Assembly (NCBI RefSeq): GCF_000400465.1
Contig: NW_008806285.1
Coordinates: forward strand, 20,001-268,000
DNA: 248,000 bases
Reading direction: 5' to 3'
Source: Wallemia ichthyophaga EXF-994
Taxonomy: Eukaryota > Fungi > Basidiomycota
Position numbers and translations under genes: made by a program
Notes under the pieces: model-generated
Seen by the model: the letters and a program-made list of their open reading frames with translations, nothing else
The model's database searches: none
Told to the model about the DNA's origin: nothing
In this document: piece after piece, positions 55,948-69,537 of the stretch
How the letters are laid out: each line of letters opens with the position of its first letter
Position numbering within the stretch: position 1 is the first letter of the stretch

Positions 55948-56061
55948 ACGGGCCATTAGCAGGGGAACTTGTAAGAGACACGATAAAGAGCTATTCAAAA
56001 GAACATCATTTATAGGATATGATCATGACATGAAATTGGTGATTGATAATAATCTCAAATT

Positions 56062-56993
56062 TTAAGACTCGAAAGTGAATGCAGCGCCGATCTTGTGAGC
56101 TGAAGGACCAGCCGAAGTGTCGTTGAGGCGTTGGGTGTCGAGAGCGAGACCGAAAGAGGCCTTAACGCCTGGACGGAGAGCTTGAGTGTAGCCGAGGGCG
56201 AGGATACCAGCGTTGTTAATCTTGCTCTTGACAAAGGCAGCGTTGTCGAGGTAAGTCTTAGCGCCGACTTCGAGGTTGACGTTGGAAGGACCAATCTTGG
56301 TGTCGTAGATGGCCTTGGCGCCAGCTTCGACGTCGCGGCTGACTCTGTGGTAGTAAGAAGCGGCGAAGACGTTGAGGTTGTTGAGACCGTGGAGGGTGAC
56401 AGCATACTCAGGGGCCGAGTAACCAACAGCAGCAGCGTATTTGCTGATCTTGCCGTCTTGAACCGAGTAAGAAGTCTCGGCACCAGCGAGTAAACCGTCC
56501 TTGCCGACGACCGAGTCGAGGGTGAAAGTAGGACCCTTGAAAACATCCAAGAAGGCGCGGCCGTGGAGACCTGGTTGCTTGAAAATGGCGCCTGCGAGTG
56601 CAGACTTACCACCGCCTTGAGGAAGGAGAGAAGATTGAATGTCGAGCTTAAGGCCCTTTGCGATGTTGTTCTCTAATTCTAATTGAGATTTGAGGACATT
56701 TGAGGTGGTCCACGCTTGAGTGAAGATGACGCCTTTGGAAGCATCAACGTATTTGCCTTCAATGTCGCCGTTGATGTTTGCAGATTTTGAGTCACGGAGA
56801 CCAGAAACCTTGAAAGAGACATTTGAAGGGGTCTTGGTCTTTACTTCTAATTGAGTGCCGTTGATTGGGAAATCCTTGCTGAGGAGGTCGTTGGCTGATT
56901 TGCCGAGATCCTTGGGGAGTGTGAGTGGGGTAGATAAGTATAAAATATATATAATACCTTCCAGGATGGTGGTACTGCTGCTGGTGCTGACAT
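56062..56993 (-). CDS. POR1: Mitochondrial porin VDAC
   Basis: PPSWKDLGKSANDLL, LGYTQALRPGVK, HKIGAAFTFE. Confidence 0.94.
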
Positions 56994-57158
56994 CTTTCTT
57001 GTTTTGTTGGTCGTAGTGTTTGAACCAGCGGAATCGATCAAGGCGTGAGATTATTCATTTAAAATTTGATTATTTAATTGTACAAGGTAAAATATTTTAA
57101 ATATATATTTTAAATATGTATTTTAATTTATCGGCTGCCCAATTCTCGGTCTTCTTGC

Positions 57159-58433
57159 ATGACACGGCAGTACAATCTCGATGAAATAGCATCTTTGGAT
57201 TACCTACTAACTTATTACGTTGTACAGATTTCAGGTAGTGTTGGACACCTCTTCTTACTCCTCCTCACCATCATTTCCCGCTCCATACATCACAACGGGG
57301 TTATTATCAACTTCTACTTGATATTCAGCTTTACGCTGTGGATAGATGCTATTCTATTGTACACCGGTCACCTCACTTCCCAAACCCACCAAATCCCCCC
57401 TTCAATACGCATCATTAACTCCAGTATCAGGTGGGTTAGTCCACTCGGGTGATTTCGGTAATCTCGCTAAACATTTCCACACAGAATGACAGGAATGCTA
57501 GCCAACACCTGCACAACCCTTACTGTCGTCTTTAGGCTTTTCATAAGCGTTAACACCGCTCTCAGTACTCGCCTCGCTAAAATTTTATCCAAGATCTCAG
57601 ACACTATCTTGATTTTAGTTCCTTGGGTGTTGAGTATGCCATTCTTCATCGCTTATTTAGCACGCACTATTCCACACCCAGATTTAGTCATCCGAACGCC
57701 CTATTTCTGTGACTACAATGGTAGTGTGTTGAATAAAGTCGTTACCAACCTCACTCTGGCACTAATGTGTCTGATACTGGTGCTGGCAATACTCACCGCT
57801 ATTCTCCTCATCAAACTCCGTTCAAGTCAGCACGGTTTGGTGTACGTGAAAACATCAATCGACGTTGTCCTCGGTTGTCGCATACTTCTCTTCCTCGTCT
57901 ACTCACTCACTACGGTGGTTGTACTAAGCGGTACGCTTAACGACGCTTGGGGGAGTTTCAGCGATGGCCCCACCCTCGCTTTCGGTTTGACCGGTTTCTG
58001 GGCTTTCCTCTTGTTCTTTATTCAACCAGACACCTTCAACGCTATTATGACTTGCTTCGGGCTTAGAAAGTCGCGGAATAGACAGAGACGCCCCTCCTTC
58101 CTCTCTGTCAGCGCTAGTCGACCACGGGGAACTGAGCGGCATGAATTCGACGGGAATTTAACTTTCAATGGGAGTCTAAATGTTCGGAGTAGTGGGAGTG
58201 ATGAATGTGGGGATGTCAATGGCTGGGTTGATAAACGGCGGCTTGACAATGCTGATTCAAGGTGTTTAGGCGGTGGCAGTAGTAGGTGTAGCTCAAGTAG
58301 CTCGAGTACGACACACACGACACACACGACACATACAACACATACAACTCACACAACTAATACGGATACCTACCCAAATATTTTCACTGAAATACACACT
58401 CACAAAAACACAGACAGCGATACGTCGCATTAA
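57159..58433 (+). CDS. Multi-pass (about 7 TM) GPCR-like membrane protein
   Basis: Seven hydrophobic segments, extracellular YFC, hydrophilic tail with THT repeats. Confidence 0.55.
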
Positions 58434-58833
58434 GGTTGACATGTACTTGTACTTCTATATTTACTAACAGCATACATTGTATTAATAGACGCGCTTATAG
58501 ATATTCTAATAGGCTTTGTCCGCTGCTTCTGGGACCAACTAAAACAAGGTCACTTTGGAGAAAAATTCACCTCTCCCACTATAATAGATAAGCTCATTGA
58601 TCCTGCTTTCAATGTTAAATTTAAGAATCACCCGCCCCGGAACCCAACTTAGGCTTTCGAAGAATCAAGCTTACGCTTCTTGGTTTATCTTACGTAACAA
58701 GATGTTTAGAGAGGGATTTGCAGCAATCTCTGTAATTTCATGGCACACACGCCAAATACGACATATGAACAAATATATTCCACGGACTTTTATTCATTTC
58801 TCGCATCCCACGACCCCTAGTTCCCACACAATC

Positions 58834-59426
58834 ATGTCAAATTCTGAATTCTACAATCTCAGCGCAGAGAAACCAAACGGCGAAGAATACAAGTTTGATA
58901 GTTTAAAGGATAAGGTCGTGCTTATTGTGAACACAGCGAGTGAGTTAATGTCACCGGTTATATCACACGGTTCTAAGCGTGGTACACACCAGGCAAATGC
59001 GGCTTCACGCCACAGTACACGGGACTTGAAGAATTGCACAACGCTTACAAAGACAGGGGATTGGTAGTGTGAGTGGTGTGACGTCGTCGTTGTCAATCCC
59101 CGCTAACGACGCACGACGCAAATAGCCTTGGATTCCCTTGCAATCAGTTCGGTGGACAAGAGCCAGGCAGTGACAGCGATATTGACAACTTCTGTAAGAT
59201 CAATCACGGTGTTTCGTTCCAGCTTTTCAAGAAATCAGACGTCAATGGTGATAATACGAATGAGGTTTTCAGATGGCTTAAAGAAAAGAAGCCACAGCTT
59301 ATGATGGGCAGAATCAAGTGGAACTTTGAGAAATTCCTCATCGATAAGCAGGGAAATGTCGTCAATAGATACTCATCCATGTCTAAGCCAAGTGAAATAG
59401 CTAAAGATGTTGAGAAACTCGTCTAA
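58834..59426 (+). CDS. Glutathione peroxidase-like peroxidase
   Basis: [34 protein letters not shown]. Confidence 0.93.
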
Positions 59427-59534
59427 CAATTCATTTTATTCAAATACATTTCTTACTTTAAAGTGAAAATTTTTACAAAGTGAATGACGCGATGAATATC
59501 AAATATCTTGGAATACGTCATTCATCATCGCATC

Positions 59535-60488
59535 ATGATCAAAGTACTCGTTACAGGCGCAACAGGTTTGCTAGGCAGAGCAATTATGCACAACCTCCGC
59601 GCGGACAGCTCTGTCCAAGTATTAGGATTGGGTTATAGTAGAGTTGGTGAAGGTGTTATCAAATGCGATATCACAAATCACGACGAGTTGAAGGGTGTCG
59701 TAGAGCATCACTCACCAGATGTAATCATCCACGCCGCTGCTGAAAGGCGTCCAGATGTCGCAGCGAATGATCCTGCAGCGACGGAGCACCTCAACGTGGC
59801 TGTTTCAGCAAACGTGGCTGGTTTAGCGAGGAGTGTAAAGGCAGCACTCATCTATATATCCACTGATTACGTGTAAGTGGGGGTATTTGTCGGTATCCAC
59901 TCAATTGCTCAATTAAAATCACTCAGCTTCGACGGCACTAAACCGCCATATGAGGTCACTGACACACCAAACCCACTCAATCTCTACGGCAAGACTAAGC
60001 TGGCTGGCGAGAAGGCAGTGCATGAGAATAATCAAAGGTCAATCGTCGTCAGAGTCCCTGTTCTTTATGGCAAAGTAGAGAACAACAAGGAGAGCGCTGT
60101 GACGGTACTCATTGATGGCGTTAAAGATAGTTTGAACGCTCCAAAGAAGTTTGAGCATTTGTCGAAGCGTTTCCCAACCCACGTTGAGAATGTTGCTCAA
60201 GCGTTGAATGCCTTGTCAAAATGGGTTGCTAGTGCCGACAATATCACTCCTATTATCCATTACACTTCAACAGAAGGTTATACGAAATATGAAATGGCAT
60301 GTATCTTTGCGGATATACTGGGAATTCCAAGAAATGGATTAATCGCTGATACTCAAGAGCCTCAAGGTGCAGCTGCTGTCAGTCGTCCAAAAGACTGCCA
60401 GCTTTCGAGAAACAAGTTGGACGATCTCAATTTGGACATGAAAGAGGACGTGCACTTTGTGGAGTTTTTCAAATCTCAATTGTTATAG
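59535..60488 (+). CDS. RmlD/MAT2B-like NAD(P)-binding protein
   Basis: VTGATGLLG, YISTDYV, PNPLNLYGKTK. Confidence 0.85.
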
Positions 60489-60641
60489 ATTCTCATAAGC
60501 TATTATAAGCTACCATAAACTATTTCGCACGATATATTCCATTTTAGGTTTTTATTATTTTCATTTTAATTCAAATTCCAAAACCCTTTTTAGGTGCGCT
60601 TACGTTCTGTTTCTGAGCCGTCGACACTAAAAATACGCGAT

Positions 60642-61490
60642 ATGAAATTATTGGGAGCAGCAGCAGCAGCAGCAGCAGTGGCACTATTCGCACCAGCATA
60701 CGCGGCAGAAGAGGATATCTACGGTACCTGGTCGTCTGGTTCTGGCGGTGTACAGACAGGTGAAGGATTCTGTACGCCACAAGAGTACAGCTTCAATATC
60801 CCAAACACCACAGGAACGAGCTACTCGTTTACTGAAGATGGCTACTATGAGGAAGCTTCTTACAAGTTCAGATCAAACGCAACTCATCCACAATGCATAC
60901 AAGCAGTCCTCACTTGGCAGCACGGTAGATATGAGTTTTACGATCATGAGGATATGCAAGGTATTAAGACTACTCCTTTCTCTGCAGATGGTCGCGTTCA
61001 AGTTGAGGATCCATGTGCAGCGAGCAGCAACATACTCAGCACAACCAGTTTCAACCACACTTTCGTTAAATACCTCCCATTCGATGATCCCGTTAAGAAT
61101 ATAAAGGCTCTCCAGCTCTACGACTTTGACGGCTCCGAGTTGGCTCCGTTGTACCTCATTAGTCGCCAACCAAACATGCTGCCTACTAGCCCAATCAGCA
61201 CCCAATACTCTAAGAGAAGCAAGAGAAGCACAGATGAGCCAGTAGAGGGTGATGTGGATGCGGATATGCAGAATATACTCGCAACTCCTTCTTTGGAGAG
61301 AAGGAAAGGTGGTGGTGGTAAAGGAGGCGGTGGTGGTAGAGTAAGCAGCGGTGGTGGTAAAGTGAGCAGCGGTGGAGCGGGCCGTGGCGCTAATGTTACC
61401 TCTGGCAATCACTCTTCTGCTGTTTCGAATACCCTCCCTATCTCACTCGCTGCCTTGGTCATTGTCGCGGCAAGCATAGCTATCGTATGA
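60642..61490 (+). CDS. ROT1: ER chaperone Rot1
   Basis: IYGTWSSGSGGVQTG, QWQHG, DGRVQVEDPC, RQPNMLPT. Confidence 0.85.
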   Translation: MKLLGAAAAAAAVALFAPAYAAEEDIYGTWSSGSGGVQTGEGFCTPQEYSFNIPNTTGTSYSFTEDGYYEEASYKFRSNATHPQCIQAVLTWQHGRYEFYDHEDMQGIKTTPFSADGRVQVEDPCAASSNILSTTSFNHTFVKYLPFDDPVKNIKALQLYDFDGSELAPLYLISRQPNMLPTSPISTQYSKRSKRSTDEPVEGDVDADMQNILATPSLERRKGGGGKGGGGGRVSSGGGKVSSGGAGRGANVTSGNHSSAVSNTLPISLAALVIVAASIAIV

Positions 61491-61754
61491 TAAGTCATGT
61501 GCGAGCGTTGTGCGTTGTGTGTCTTACTCAAACACCCAACCTTACCTAAAACATTGTAATATTTTCATTTATTCATCCTGGACATTATCACCTGGTTCGC
61601 CTGAAACAGTCGCCACTAAGAAAACAAAATAAGTAGAAGCGCTAGCAGCAGCGGCAGCAGCAGCAGCACGCTGAAAACAGCACCTTCAGTCAACATATAT
61701 ACGTCCTCATCTAGCGCTTTCGATCCGTTCACTGCATACGCTCCTGATATACAA

Positions 61755-62343
61755 ATGAGCGTACACGCCACGCCGATGCTGAGCGATACGATCGATACGA
61801 TGCGAGTGGATATACTGCAGAACAACGAAGAAATAGCAGTGCTGCACTTGTCTATCACGCGCTTACCTCTATCGTGTAGTAAACGTGATGACCTCGTGGA
61901 GCAGGAGCTGGACATCCTCCCAAGCGATGCCAACATTCGCCTGTCTAACAAGAGTCCACTAGAGCTCGCATGTGGGAAAATGCCCCCCGTCAGTTACGTC
62001 GGGGGCAGGGTGAGTGGGAGTTAAGTGTGAAATTTTTCTGTCTCATCACATCAAACAGATCAGATCACAAGGCGCGCTGCACCCGTATGCAGTGTTTGAG
62101 AGCAGGCGCGGTAGTTTGTTTAGAGGACAACTTGCAGGTAATCGCGTTAAGCATCAGATATCCATCCTCGACGATAGTAGGGTTTCCCCGATTACCTCAT
62201 TCGTTCTTATCATCGCTAACCAGGCTAAACACTGCTGCGTGTGGAGCAGGAATCTTGATGGTCTGGCTAAGCGGTACGATCTCACTCAATATCATAAGTC
62301 TCAGGGTATGATCTTCAACCCTGCCGGAGCAGCTGGTGGATGA
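61755..62343 (+). CDS. Hypothetical protein, paralogue of 62499-63119
   Basis: Shared C-terminal motif W.R.LDGLA.R.DL.QY.K..GM..N. Confidence 0.55.
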
Positions 62344-62498
62344 TCATGGCTGCGGCTAGTCGATTGTCGCTAGTCACACAACACATATCACTGCAATGCA
62401 AATGCAACGTAACGTTACCTATACTCTAGCTTTTCATGTAACCTTAATGCTCTTAGAAACTATCTGCTGCACGTCAGTTTGACATCACGCTAAACCCC

Positions 62499-63119
62499 TC
62501 ACCTACTTGGTGCCTGCTCATTCACCACCATCCCCAGCCGCTTGTCGTACTGCATGAGATCGTGCCGCTCGGCCAGCCCGTCGAGGCGCTTGCACCAGAC
62601 GACGCGGGTGAAAATACGCGCGGCAACGAGCAGAATAAAAGCAGGGAGAACGTAGCATTGCTGCGATGTCTGCAAGTAGGTGTGCAAGTGCAATCCCAGC
62701 CTAGTTCTGCGTTCGCAGTACAGTGCAACTACGTTATGATCAGGTGTGCGTATCTCGTTTCCAATGCAATGTAGTTTCACTTTTTCGTCTCCGATTCCGT
62801 CTGGCTGCAGCTGCAGCGACAACACCTCCCCACTGCCATTGCCTTGGCCACATACAGCACCCACGGCGACAGAGTACGAGTGCACAGTCTGTCTGAGTAG
62901 GTGCTGCCGCATGTACAGCTCTCCTTCCTCAGTGATAGTGTGGGCTATTGTCGCCACTATTCTTCCATTCTGCTTTATACGCACCACAAACTCCTCTTGG
63001 TCGTATTCACAGTGTATGTTGCACTCAGGTATCGCAGCATTCGCCGCGTCTAGCCCATCGCCTCGCCTCCATCGACTGCTCCCATTGTTGCACTGGGACA
63101 CTATCGCAAACGACGTCAT
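62499..63119 (-). CDS. Hypothetical protein, paralogue of 61755-62343
   Basis: 206-aa ORF; VWCKRLDGLAERHDLMQYDKRLGM. Confidence 0.6.
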   Translation of the reverse strand: MTSFAIVSQCNNGSSRWRRGDGLDAANAAIPECNIHCEYDQEEFVVRIKQNGRIVATIAHTITEEGELYMRQHLLRQTVHSYSVAVGAVCGQGNGSGEVLSLQLQPDGIGDEKVKLHCIGNEIRTPDHNVVALYCERRTRLGLHLHTYLQTSQQCYVLPAFILLVAARIFTRVVWCKRLDGLAERHDLMQYDKRLGMVVNEQAPSR

Positions 63120-63173
63120 GGAGGATGAATAAGTTAATTTAAGCGTTTTATCAATTTAGTCGCTTTAGTCACT

Positions 63174-64181
63174 CTAGTCTACAGTCACGACAATCTTGCC
63201 CGTGTTCTCGTTAGCCGCCATGCAGTCATGCGCCAGTGCGATCTGTTTCCAGCTGAACACGCTGTGTATTCTCAACTCGAGGTCCTTGCCGACTTTGTCG
63301 AGAGCTGCCTTTCTGAAGTCGTTAAGGAGGTCTCCCTGATACTCTGCGCTCCTAGATCTGAGCGTGCTGCCCTGTATGCAGAGTCTCTTGAAGATAATAG
63401 GTCCTACATTAACCTCGCTGGCGACCATACCAGACATAACGCCAAGGAGGACGATGCGTGCATCTTTACCGGCAGCGTTAATGTTGGCGTTCAAGTAAGA
63501 CTGACCGACCATATCGACGATGACGTCGACGCCTTTGTTATCAGTGTGAGCCAGCACCTCTTTATCGAAGCTCTGCGTGCGGTAGTTGATGCCATGTGTA
63601 GCGCCCATTGGGAGACCTTTGACAGCGTCTATCTTAGCGTCTGATCCAGCCGTAGCGAAGACACGCCTAGCGCCGTAATGTCTGGCCAGCTGAATAGCAG
63701 CCATGCCCACACCGCTCGCGCCGGCATGTATGAGCACATCGTCGCCCGCCTTGATACGTCCTATGGTCGACAGAGCCTGGTGCGCAGTGAGGTAATTCTC
63801 GCAGATAGCCGCACACTGGACGTGCGTGAGGTGGGTTGGTTTGCGCAGGATCATGTGCGCGTCGACGGCTATATACTCGGCATATGCCCCGCCATAAGCT
63901 AAGCCAAACACCTCGTCGTCGATTTTCCACTCAGCACTCTGGTTCGCGTCGACTACTACGCCCGAGAACTCCACACCGAGCGTCTTGGGCGCCTGCGGCG
64001 GCAGCGGATACATACCCTTTGCTTGGAGCAGATCCATGCGGTTCACGCCGAACGCAACGACTTTGACAAGCACCTGTGTCGCGCTGAGAGCGGGTTGCGG
64101 CGTGACCTGGATCTTGAGATCAGAGCTGCTGTTCGCAACGTCGTTCGGCGTGTCTATCACAACTGATTTCATAGTGGCCAT
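63174..64181 (-). CDS. NADPH:quinone oxidoreductase, PIG3 family
   Basis: GVNRMDLLQ, HAGASGVG, QGSTLRSRS, GKIV. Confidence 0.92.
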   Translation of the reverse strand: MATMKSVVIDTPNDVANSSSDLKIQVTPQPALSATQVLVKVVAFGVNRMDLLQAKGMYPLPPQAPKTLGVEFSGVVVDANQSAEWKIDDEVFGLAYGGAYAEYIAVDAHMILRKPTHLTHVQCAAICENYLTAHQALSTIGRIKAGDDVLIHAGASGVGMAAIQLARHYGARRVFATAGSDAKIDAVKGLPMGATHGINYRTQSFDKEVLAHTDNKGVDVIVDMVGQSYLNANINAAGKDARIVLLGVMSGMVASEVNVGPIIFKRLCIQGSTLRSRSAEYQGDLLNDFRKAALDKVGKDLELRIHSVFSWKQIALAHDCMAANENTGKIVVTVD

Positions 64182-64634
64182 GGTGGTTGTGTGATGTGTG
64201 GTGTGCAGGGTGAAGTTCTTCCCTGTTTAGTAAGCATTCTTCTCGAAATATCTGCTTCTTCGGAATATCTGCTCCGCTGAGTAAGCACCGGCAGCGGTGC
64301 ACGTCTGCGCAACAGCACGCATTGCATTGCCATTTCATCACTCCTCCTTATCCGCTTATCGCACCTGCCGAGCGGAATTGGCTATGATGCATATGACGTA
64401 TGTGATGTTGGACGAATCTTCGCCGCGTGACCACCCAGCAAAGACGCGCAACTCCCACAACGCCGCGGAGATGGGACTCGTACCGCCGCTGAAACTTATC
64501 AGTGATGAATTTTGGAGTACCGTAGGAGTATCCCACTCGAAGGTGTAATTGATCGATGACGCAATATTACTCCATGTCTAGCGTATAAAAGGTGGAATAT
64601 ATTAAAGTCTATTTCATACACTCAAAAACTCAAC

Positions 64635-64978
64635 ATGTCATCCGACCCAAGCAAGACCAACGCACAATGGAACTCAACCGTCGGCACTGCCAAGGAATCC
64701 TTGGGCAACGCCGTTGGTTCTGAAGACTACTCCAAGGCCGGTAAAGAGCAACATGCCAAAGGTGAAGCCGAGAGAAAGGAGGCTGAAGCCAAGCAATACG
64801 GCGAAGGCATGGTCGACTCAGCTGCAGGCAAGATGAAGGTGTGTTGGTGTTTCATGCTTTTCGATACCTGCTAACAAATGCTCAGAACGTCGGTGGCGCT
64901 GTCACTGGTGACAAGGAGAAGCAGGCTGAAGGTGCTGCTCGTGAAGAAAAGGGCGAAACCAAGAGAGACTTCGCTTAA
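64635..64978 (+). CDS. CsbD/Hmp1-like small hydrophilic protein 1
   Basis: MSSDPSKTNAQWNSTVGTAKE...VGGAVTGDKEKQAEG. Confidence 0.8.
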
Positions 64979-65679
64979 ATTTCCGTGTAGCTCTCCATAC
65001 CTATTAGTTATGTAATGAACGCACTGAAAACGCTAATATACGCACATAATGATAACTACAATACTTTGTGATGACTGTTCTTGCTCCTGATTTATATCAC
65101 ACGGGCTAATGAATCCAGCTGTGTCGCGGTGTTAACGCTACAGAAAGTGTCGCTTAAATTATTAGATGCGGATGCTTGATTAATGTTATAGTAGAATACT
65201 CCCAAGTACTCAAAGGTTAGAGCGACTTGTACGATCGACGCTATCTGCGCATCGACTGATGCAGAGGAAATCGAAATGAATAATTAGAGGCGTTGTAATG
65301 TATTGATCGCCGTAGAAGTTACCTCAAGCATGTTTGTGTCTTTGCCATGTCGTCTTCGATTTCCAAGACACAGAAAAGTAACTAGAATGTACTACAAGCT
65401 GCATCAAGTCAAAAAGGATTTTAAACAGAGCAAAGCCTTTAATGCCACAGATCAATCCATCTCGTTGAATAGCATCTCAACAAAGTTGGCCACTTTGCAC
65501 GTGATAATTTTCATTACATCAATATAAAAGCCCGCTTTTCTTTCTCTCGAACAACAACCTCCATAGTAAGTTTGTAATTGATGGAATTGGTGGTGATTAA
65601 ACATTATAATACATGATTGATCTACACCACCAATTCGTGCAGCTACGCCACTCATCCGATACTTACTTGACACGCAGAC

Positions 65680-66031
65680 ATGTCATCAGAACCAAGCAAA
65701 ATGAACGCAAACTACGACTCAACGATGGGTTCTGTTAAGGAACAAGCGGGTGAGTGGGGGACTGTTGCGTTAGCACACAAAAGGACATACTCACACCACT
65801 CCAGGCAACCTCCTCGGTAACGAATCGCTCAAACACAGCGGCACCCAACAACATGCCTCCGGCGAAGCCGAGAAAAAGGCTGCAACTGCCAAGCAGTATG
65901 GAGAGGGTGCCGTCGACAATGTTGCTGGCAAGGCACAGAACATCGGCGGTGCCGTCACTGGTGACAAGAGCAAGCAGGCTGAAGGTGCAGCTCGCGAGAA
66001 CAAGGGTGATACGAAAAGAGAGTTTGCGTAG
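65680..66031 (+). CDS. CsbD/Hmp1-like small hydrophilic protein 2
   Basis: MSSEPSKMNANYDSTMGSVKE...IGGAVTGDKSKQAEG. Confidence 0.8.
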
Positions 66032-66231
66032 ATTGCTTCTAATTGCTTTGATGCATTAACGCATCCACGCATTCACGCTTTGTACTTACGCTTGTAACGA
66101 CTTCTTCACCTATGTTTTACTGATTTACTTTATATTTCACTCGACTGCTGTTATTGAGATTTACGGCTTGTGTGTATTAGTACATGGAACGAGACTTGGA
66201 AAGAGAAGATAAAACATCTAGAGCAAATCCT

Positions 66232-69200
66232 CTAAAGCACGCTGGCAACTTCATCCTCTGAGTCGTCAGCCGCGGGTTCATCGTCATTGCTGTCGCTAAA
66301 GTCGATAGCTTTACTCTGACTCCTAGATCTGGCAGGCTGGTTGCGAGTGCGTTTTGACGGCGAAGGAGCGTCAACTTTCTTGTGCCCACCTTTATCTCTA
66401 GGTTTAGGTTTATATTTAGGTTTAGCAATAGGACTGCCTTTACCCGCGCTCGCCGTATCGTCGCTATCGCTGGCCCTGCTATCCTCCTCACTGATGATGC
66501 CTGGCTCGCTCTCGTCGCTACTGCTATAAGATTTCTTCGTGCTTTTCGAGCGACCTTTAACGCTTTGCGATAAGCTATGCTGGCTACCTTTGCGTTTAGG
66601 TTGTTGTTTCTCCGTCTTCCTGTAACCGGGTGTATACCTATCACCGTATTTAGAGGCAGCGCGCGGGGTGGGAGCCGTTTTAGTGCGGGGTGCCTTCTTC
66701 ACCGGTGTTGCGTCCTCGACCTGGAAGATGCCCGCTTGTTTATACACGTCATTGAGGCTCTCCCGATACTCGTGGTACTCAACGTCGGAGGTATCGATAT
66801 CTCCCAGGGCCTTGAACTGCTTGTGAAGGGTGGTCAGGAAGCGAGCTAGGGCATTACGCGACAATGCATCAGCCAGTGGACGCTGCTCCTGCACTGTCTC
66901 GGCCAGCTTACACGTAAGCCAGATATCCTTCAAGGGTGTATGTCCAGGTATGTACAGTTTCATAAGGAATTGCACTAGGGCCTTCCGGTCCTCTTTCACC
67001 TCCACTTCGAATAGCTCCTTGAGAGTGTCGAACGCGAGCCTCTGCTGGAGGAGGGAGTGGGGGTGTGCATTTGTAGCTGATTCAGGTGAGTTGGCTTCAC
67101 CCGTTATCCCAACAAGGTGGCGCGGATCCGTCCATTCCGACAAGAGCGTCGCTACTTGCGCCACAGTCACCACCGCTTGCTCGTCACTATCACGATCCCA
67201 GTGGTCGCCTATGGCGATAAGCGCTATCTCGGCGAGCCTTGTCTGGTTGTGTGCTGAGCTGTAGGCGTAGACGGGGAAGAAGTACGACAGACACTGCCGC
67301 AGAGCTTGGTTGTCACCGACTTCCGGACTGAAGTATACATACAGCAGTCCGCGCAACAGCTGAAAGGAGGGCGTTAGTGAGGATGGTCACACTTCAACTC
67401 CATGTCAAACTCACACTCGCATCCGTTATCATGCCCGACAGCATCAGTTTCGACACACCCTCGCAAGAAACGGCCTGATATTCGGCGGTGTGACCGTCGA
67501 GGGTGCGCAGAAGGAAGTGGTTGATGTACTCGAGCTGGGTTTTGTTAGAGGGGGTGGCTTATCTGCACGCACTGTTTTCCACTCACACCAAGACCGCCCT
67601 TGTCCGCAAAGAGGGACACGTCGTGCGTCATGAGCAGGTCGATGACGACCTTGAGCGAATGCATATTGAGTGGCTCGGGTGCGGTTTCAGCCTGGTTCAT
67701 GAACATCTGGAAGCTGCCAATAGCGAGTGTGTCAGCTAGTAGGCAGACAAGCCCGAGTGCGTGCAGGCCGCGCTCGCGGATAGCCGCGTCTTTCGACTTG
67801 ACCGAGGGGATAACGAGATCGGGAAGTATACCGCCCAGAGCGCTATTTTCGATAAGGGAGCTGTTGACGCGCTCGAGCATGCCTATCACTACTGCCAAAC
67901 TACGCAGGTCGAGTTCACCGTTATGTGCAAGTTCCGCGTCATTAAGAATGCGCGCAGTGGCAGGACGCGGTTTAGCGGGCGTTGCTATTGTCGAAGCCCC
68001 ATCGCCCACCTCGTCCTCCTCGTCTTCCTCTGCAATGCGCAAGTCACGCAGCTCCGAGATGAGTTCGACAGAGAGAAGTAGAAAATCGCGCTCTGATGCG
68101 GACAGCTTAGCGAGGATGTCGAGCGCAATAGGGACCAGCTGCTCGGGGAGGGTGGGTGAGCTGAGGAGGGCGCGTACGAGCGTAAACACCTTCCGCCGAC
68201 CCATCTCGTCTGCATAGTCGAGGTTGATGGCTAGTTTGAGTAGCTCACCTAGCACAAAATTCGCATTTACTAGCCGATCTGTGTGCTCGTCGCTGTCGTC
68301 GTCGGGCTGCGCTAGCGCTACGACCGCGTTGTACGCACTTTGCATGTGGAACGCCATAGCTGTCACTACGGGAAGCATCTCTAGCTTCGCATAGTCCTCA
68401 TACGCTACACAGTGGTCTACGTAGACGCGCGCTAGGAGCGCGTGCTCTGGCGTTAGCGCACTCCACGCACCCTCGTCTAGCTGCACCGCGTGGAATATGT
68501 CAGGCCGGTGTGTGAAGAGAGCGAGCAGTGCATCTTCTGCAACGCGTGAGTCTATTACGTCGAAATATTCTAGAAACTGAGTAGAAAGTTTATTGTTAGC
68601 TGGGAGTGACTCTGCTTATGCACACCACACGACCCACCAGCTGGAGATTGTTGTCGGCTCTGTCTACCCACGTCGATAACAGACCGGCACAGGCCTTTTG
68701 GACGATTGGATCACGGTCTCCGAGGCCAGCGCGAATGAGGTTTTCGCGCGGGCTCAGGCGGATACTGCGGACATCTTTCAAAGCATCACTAAGCTGGGAG
68801 CCTTCGAAAACAGACTTGCGGGTGACAGGATCGATGTCTCTGGCGCGTGTGAGGAGGGCGGGGATTGTGAGGGGAGTGGGGAAAACGTTTATGAGAGCGA
68901 CTCTTCTTACGGCGACAGTTGGATCAGATGTGATTGCAGAATTGAGAGATTTGGCTATAGCACCACTGTCATCGTCTGAAGCTTGTAGTTTGCACAGAGC
69001 AAGAGTGGCTTGTTGGCGGATGTTTGTCTCCTTATCGTTCATCCTCTCGAGAAGAGAATCCAAGAGAGAATCGAACAAGTCTTCATCCATAGCGCCTAGT
69101 AGGCTTATAATCAGGTTGGAGATCTGCACACAGCGAAATCTGACGTATTTGTCTTTGGCAGAGAAGCCTTTTAAGAGATGGCGCAGGATGTCGGAAGAGA

Positions 69201-69537
69201 GGACGGAGGAGGGAGATTCGAGGAGATGGTCGTCGTCGTCGTTGCTGTCGTCGTTGTCGCCGTTGGGATGTCTCTCCTCGTGATCCTTGGCAGATGCGTA
69301 CGAGAGATAAGTGGTTGCAAAAGCAATGACCCTGTCAGCGTAAGATTTAGACTTTGGGAATTGCATTATACGGGTGAGTGAGCCAATAAAAGCCTTCACG
69401 AAGGCAGTGTAGCCAGATTGATCAGCATCTCTAAGGAGTTGCAGGTGGAATTTACGCAACTTGATTTGATTTGATTTGTGATTTGATAGGGATTTCTGCG
69501 AATCGGTGAAGGCGTCGATTAGAGTATCTAACGACAT
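66232..69537 (-). CDS. YCG1: Condensin subunit Ycg1/CAP-G
   Basis: GFSAKDKYVRFR, RARDIDPVTR, LRQCLSYFFPVY. Confidence 0.9.

Noticed and set aside
58461-58467. TTACTAA (Yap1-type site) upstream of the GPX gene
   Set aside because: A single heptamer is expected by chance and also resembles an intron branch motif.
65060-65130. GTGATGA...CTGA possible C/D snoRNA
   Set aside because: No terminal stem, terminal D box or recognisable rRNA guide.
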